NCBI GenBank assembly: GCA_027353465.1
Contig: DAIEHR010000059.1
Span: forward strand, 1 to 59,774
DNA: 59,774 nucleotides
Direction: 5' to 3'
Source: Acetobacteraceae bacterium
GTDB taxonomy: Bacteria; Pseudomonadota; Alphaproteobacteria; Acetobacterales; Acetobacteraceae
This document shows positions 58,471-59,774 of this stretch, piece after piece (position 1 is the stretch's first letter; every line of letters starts with the position of its first letter). Made by a program: the position numbers and the translations under genes. The notes under the pieces are model-generated. The model was not told the DNA's origin. It ran no database searches and saw only the letters and a program-made list of their open reading frames with translations.

Positions 58471-59177
58471 GTCGGTGTCTCCAGTCCCGCTGTCAGCAAA
58501 GCCGCCTGTCCCTCGGGACCGGCCAGGAACGCAACAAACGCGGCGGGATCGCCGCGCCGAGCGAGTTTCGTGACGGTTGCGCTATAAAGGATCGGCGGCC
58601 AGGCTTCCTTCGGCACGGCCGTCAGAGCCCGCAGCCGGTCATCCGCTCGGATTTCGGTCTGGTGCAGCAATCCTTGCCGGGCGCCCCCGTTCACCATCAT
58701 CCATGCGACGGCGCTGGTATCCAGCACGCCGATGACCTGGCCCGTCGCGGTTCCCAGAGTCCGCAGTATCGCGAACCCATCGATGTCAGAAGCCGGGGAG
58801 GCATCCGGCACCGCGAATACCGCGGCCCGGGCGTTCGCGGCCGTGGCGATCACCAGCGGATTGCGCCATGGACCGGCCCGCTTGCCGGGTGCGACAAGAC
58901 CTTGCTTCTCCGCGAGGTCGATCGTGGCGGGCTGCGTAACAATGAGGTCGTTCTGAATATCGCGCTCAAGCTGCGGCAGAAGCAGCCCCTGCTGGGTAGG
59001 AAATACCCTGACCCGAACGCCGGTCTTTTGTCTGTAGGCGATGGCCGCGGCGATGACCGCCGGTCCGGCCGCGGCATCGCAACTCACCGCCAGATCGGTT
59101 GTGGTCTGGGCCGCGGCGTTACCCGCGTAAGCAGCCGCAAGCCCCGCGGCCAGCACTCCCCGCCTTGATAAGGCCAT
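58467..59177 (-). CDS. Divergent ModA-like (SBP_bac_11) substrate-binding protein, Tat signal
   Basis: SRRGVL Tat motif. ModA-like layout (YRQKTGVRVRV, LLPQLE..NDLIV, NPLVI, PILY, FVAFLAGPEGQAAL..GL), but the canonical oxyanion motifs are degenerate. Confidence 0.72.
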   Translation of the reverse strand: MALSRRGVLAAGLAAAYAGNAAAQTTTDLAVSCDAAAGPAVIAAAIAYRQKTGVRVRVFPTQQGLLLPQLERDIQNDLIVTQPATIDLAEKQGLVAPGKRAGPWRNPLVIATAANARAAVFAVPDASPASDIDGFAILRTLGTATGQVIGVLDTSAVAWMMVNGGARQGLLHQTEIRADDRLRALTAVPKEAWPPILYSATVTKLARRGDPAAFVAFLAGPEGQAALLTAGLETPT

Positions 59178-59305
59178 TGTATTTGTCTCCCTGTATCCAT
59201 GACGGTTTACTATCGACTACCAATCATGGGCGTGAAATCTCCTTGACATTGCCGATAACCATCCTGGCGCGATACCCTGTCCAGATCAACGCCGAGGAAC
59301 GCCAA

Positions 59306-59774
59306 ATGACCCTACCCGCCATCGCCCTGGTCGCCGTCCCCACCCGCCGCCGCCGCACCGTGGAAATCGCGCAAGAGATCGAACGCCGGGGCTTCGCCGG
59401 CATCTACTCGCCCAGCATGTTCGGCAACATGTCGTTCTGCGAGGCGTTGGCCTGGAACACCGGCACGATCCCGTTCGGCACCGCCATCGCCCCGATCTAT
59501 CAGCGCACGATCGGCGATTTCGCTCAAAGCGCGGCGATGATGCACGAGGTTTCGGGCGGCCGGTTCCGGCTGGGGATCGGCGTCGCGCACGGCCCGTCCC
59601 ACATCCGGATGGGCGTGACACCCGGCAAGCCGCTGGGCGATATCCGGTCTTTCGTGGAGAAATTCCGCGCCCAGGACGGTTTGGGCGCGCTGCCGCCAAT
59701 CATCGTGGCGGCGTTGCGGCGTAAGATGGTCGCCCTGGCGGGCGAAATCGCCGAGGGCGTGGTGTTCGCCAACG
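59306..59774 (+). CDS. LLM class flavin/F420-dependent oxidoreductase, 3' end beyond the window edge
   Basis: Not in the ORF track (no stop). GAGG SD, then MTLPAIALVAVPTRRRRTVEIAQEIERRGFAGIYSPSM...FGTAIAP...SGGRFRLGIG...AALRRKMVALAGEIAEG. Confidence 0.85.
   Translation, partial: MTLPAIALVAVPTRRRRTVEIAQEIERRGFAGIYSPSMFGNMSFCEALAWNTGTIPFGTAIAPIYQRTIGDFAQSAAMMHEVSGGRFRLGIGVAHGPSHIRMGVTPGKPLGDIRSFVEKFRAQDGLGALPPIIVAALRRKMVALAGEIAEGVVFAN

Noticed and set aside
53287-59177. Selenoprotein, RiPP or hopanoid (hpnH/hpnJ) interpretation of the radical SAM operon
   Set aside because: No in-frame TGA at catalytic Cys positions, no precursor peptide, RRE or peptidase, and no B12-binding or HpnH-type domains or shc nearby.
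59243-59276. TTGACA upstream of the LLM gene, and a possible ModE or ECF site for the operon
   Set aside because: No properly spaced -10 and no convincing ModE palindrome or ECF motif.
1-59774. CRISPR arrays, IS elements, prophage, riboswitches
   Set aside because: No repeat-spacer periodicity and no transposase, integrase or phage genes. No riboswitch was recognisable by eye; an Rfam scan would be needed to exclude one.

Overview
A 59.8-kb, GC-rich chromosomal window from an alphaproteobacterium. The evidence is gcrA, popZ in the pcm-tolC-popZ-valS context and the mltB-rlpA-dacA-tmk block; Acetobacteraceae is likely but inferred. It holds about 50 CDS and one tRNA-Pro(GGG). Core genes (kdsA, tmk, rho, valS, glmS, glmU, gph) are interleaved with catabolic and transport genes, a yhiI-rbbA-yhhJ ABC cassette and a double-module hybrid histidine kinase. 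I see no transposase, integrase, prophage or CRISPR array. The best candidate for an undescribed system is a tightly coupled 7-gene minus-strand operon at 53287-59177. It joins a divergent ModA-like binding protein, a cytochrome b and a Tat/lipoprotein molybdo-oxidoreductase to a DUF2064/TIGR04282-like transferase, a GT-C (GT87-like) membrane glycosyltransferase, a SPASM/Twitch radical SAM enzyme and a DPM-synthase-like GT2. This suggests a redox-linked, lipid-carrier-dependent cell-envelope glycosylation pathway with an unusual sugar. Other signals read from the DNA: an FNR/FixK box at -41.5 upstream of yhiI-rbbA-yhhJ, a palindrome over the rho promoter, a DnaA-like box with three GANTC sites upstream of gcrA, an N-terminally extended PopZ, and several long intergenic palindromes. 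All family calls come from motif recognition by eye; no database searches were run.
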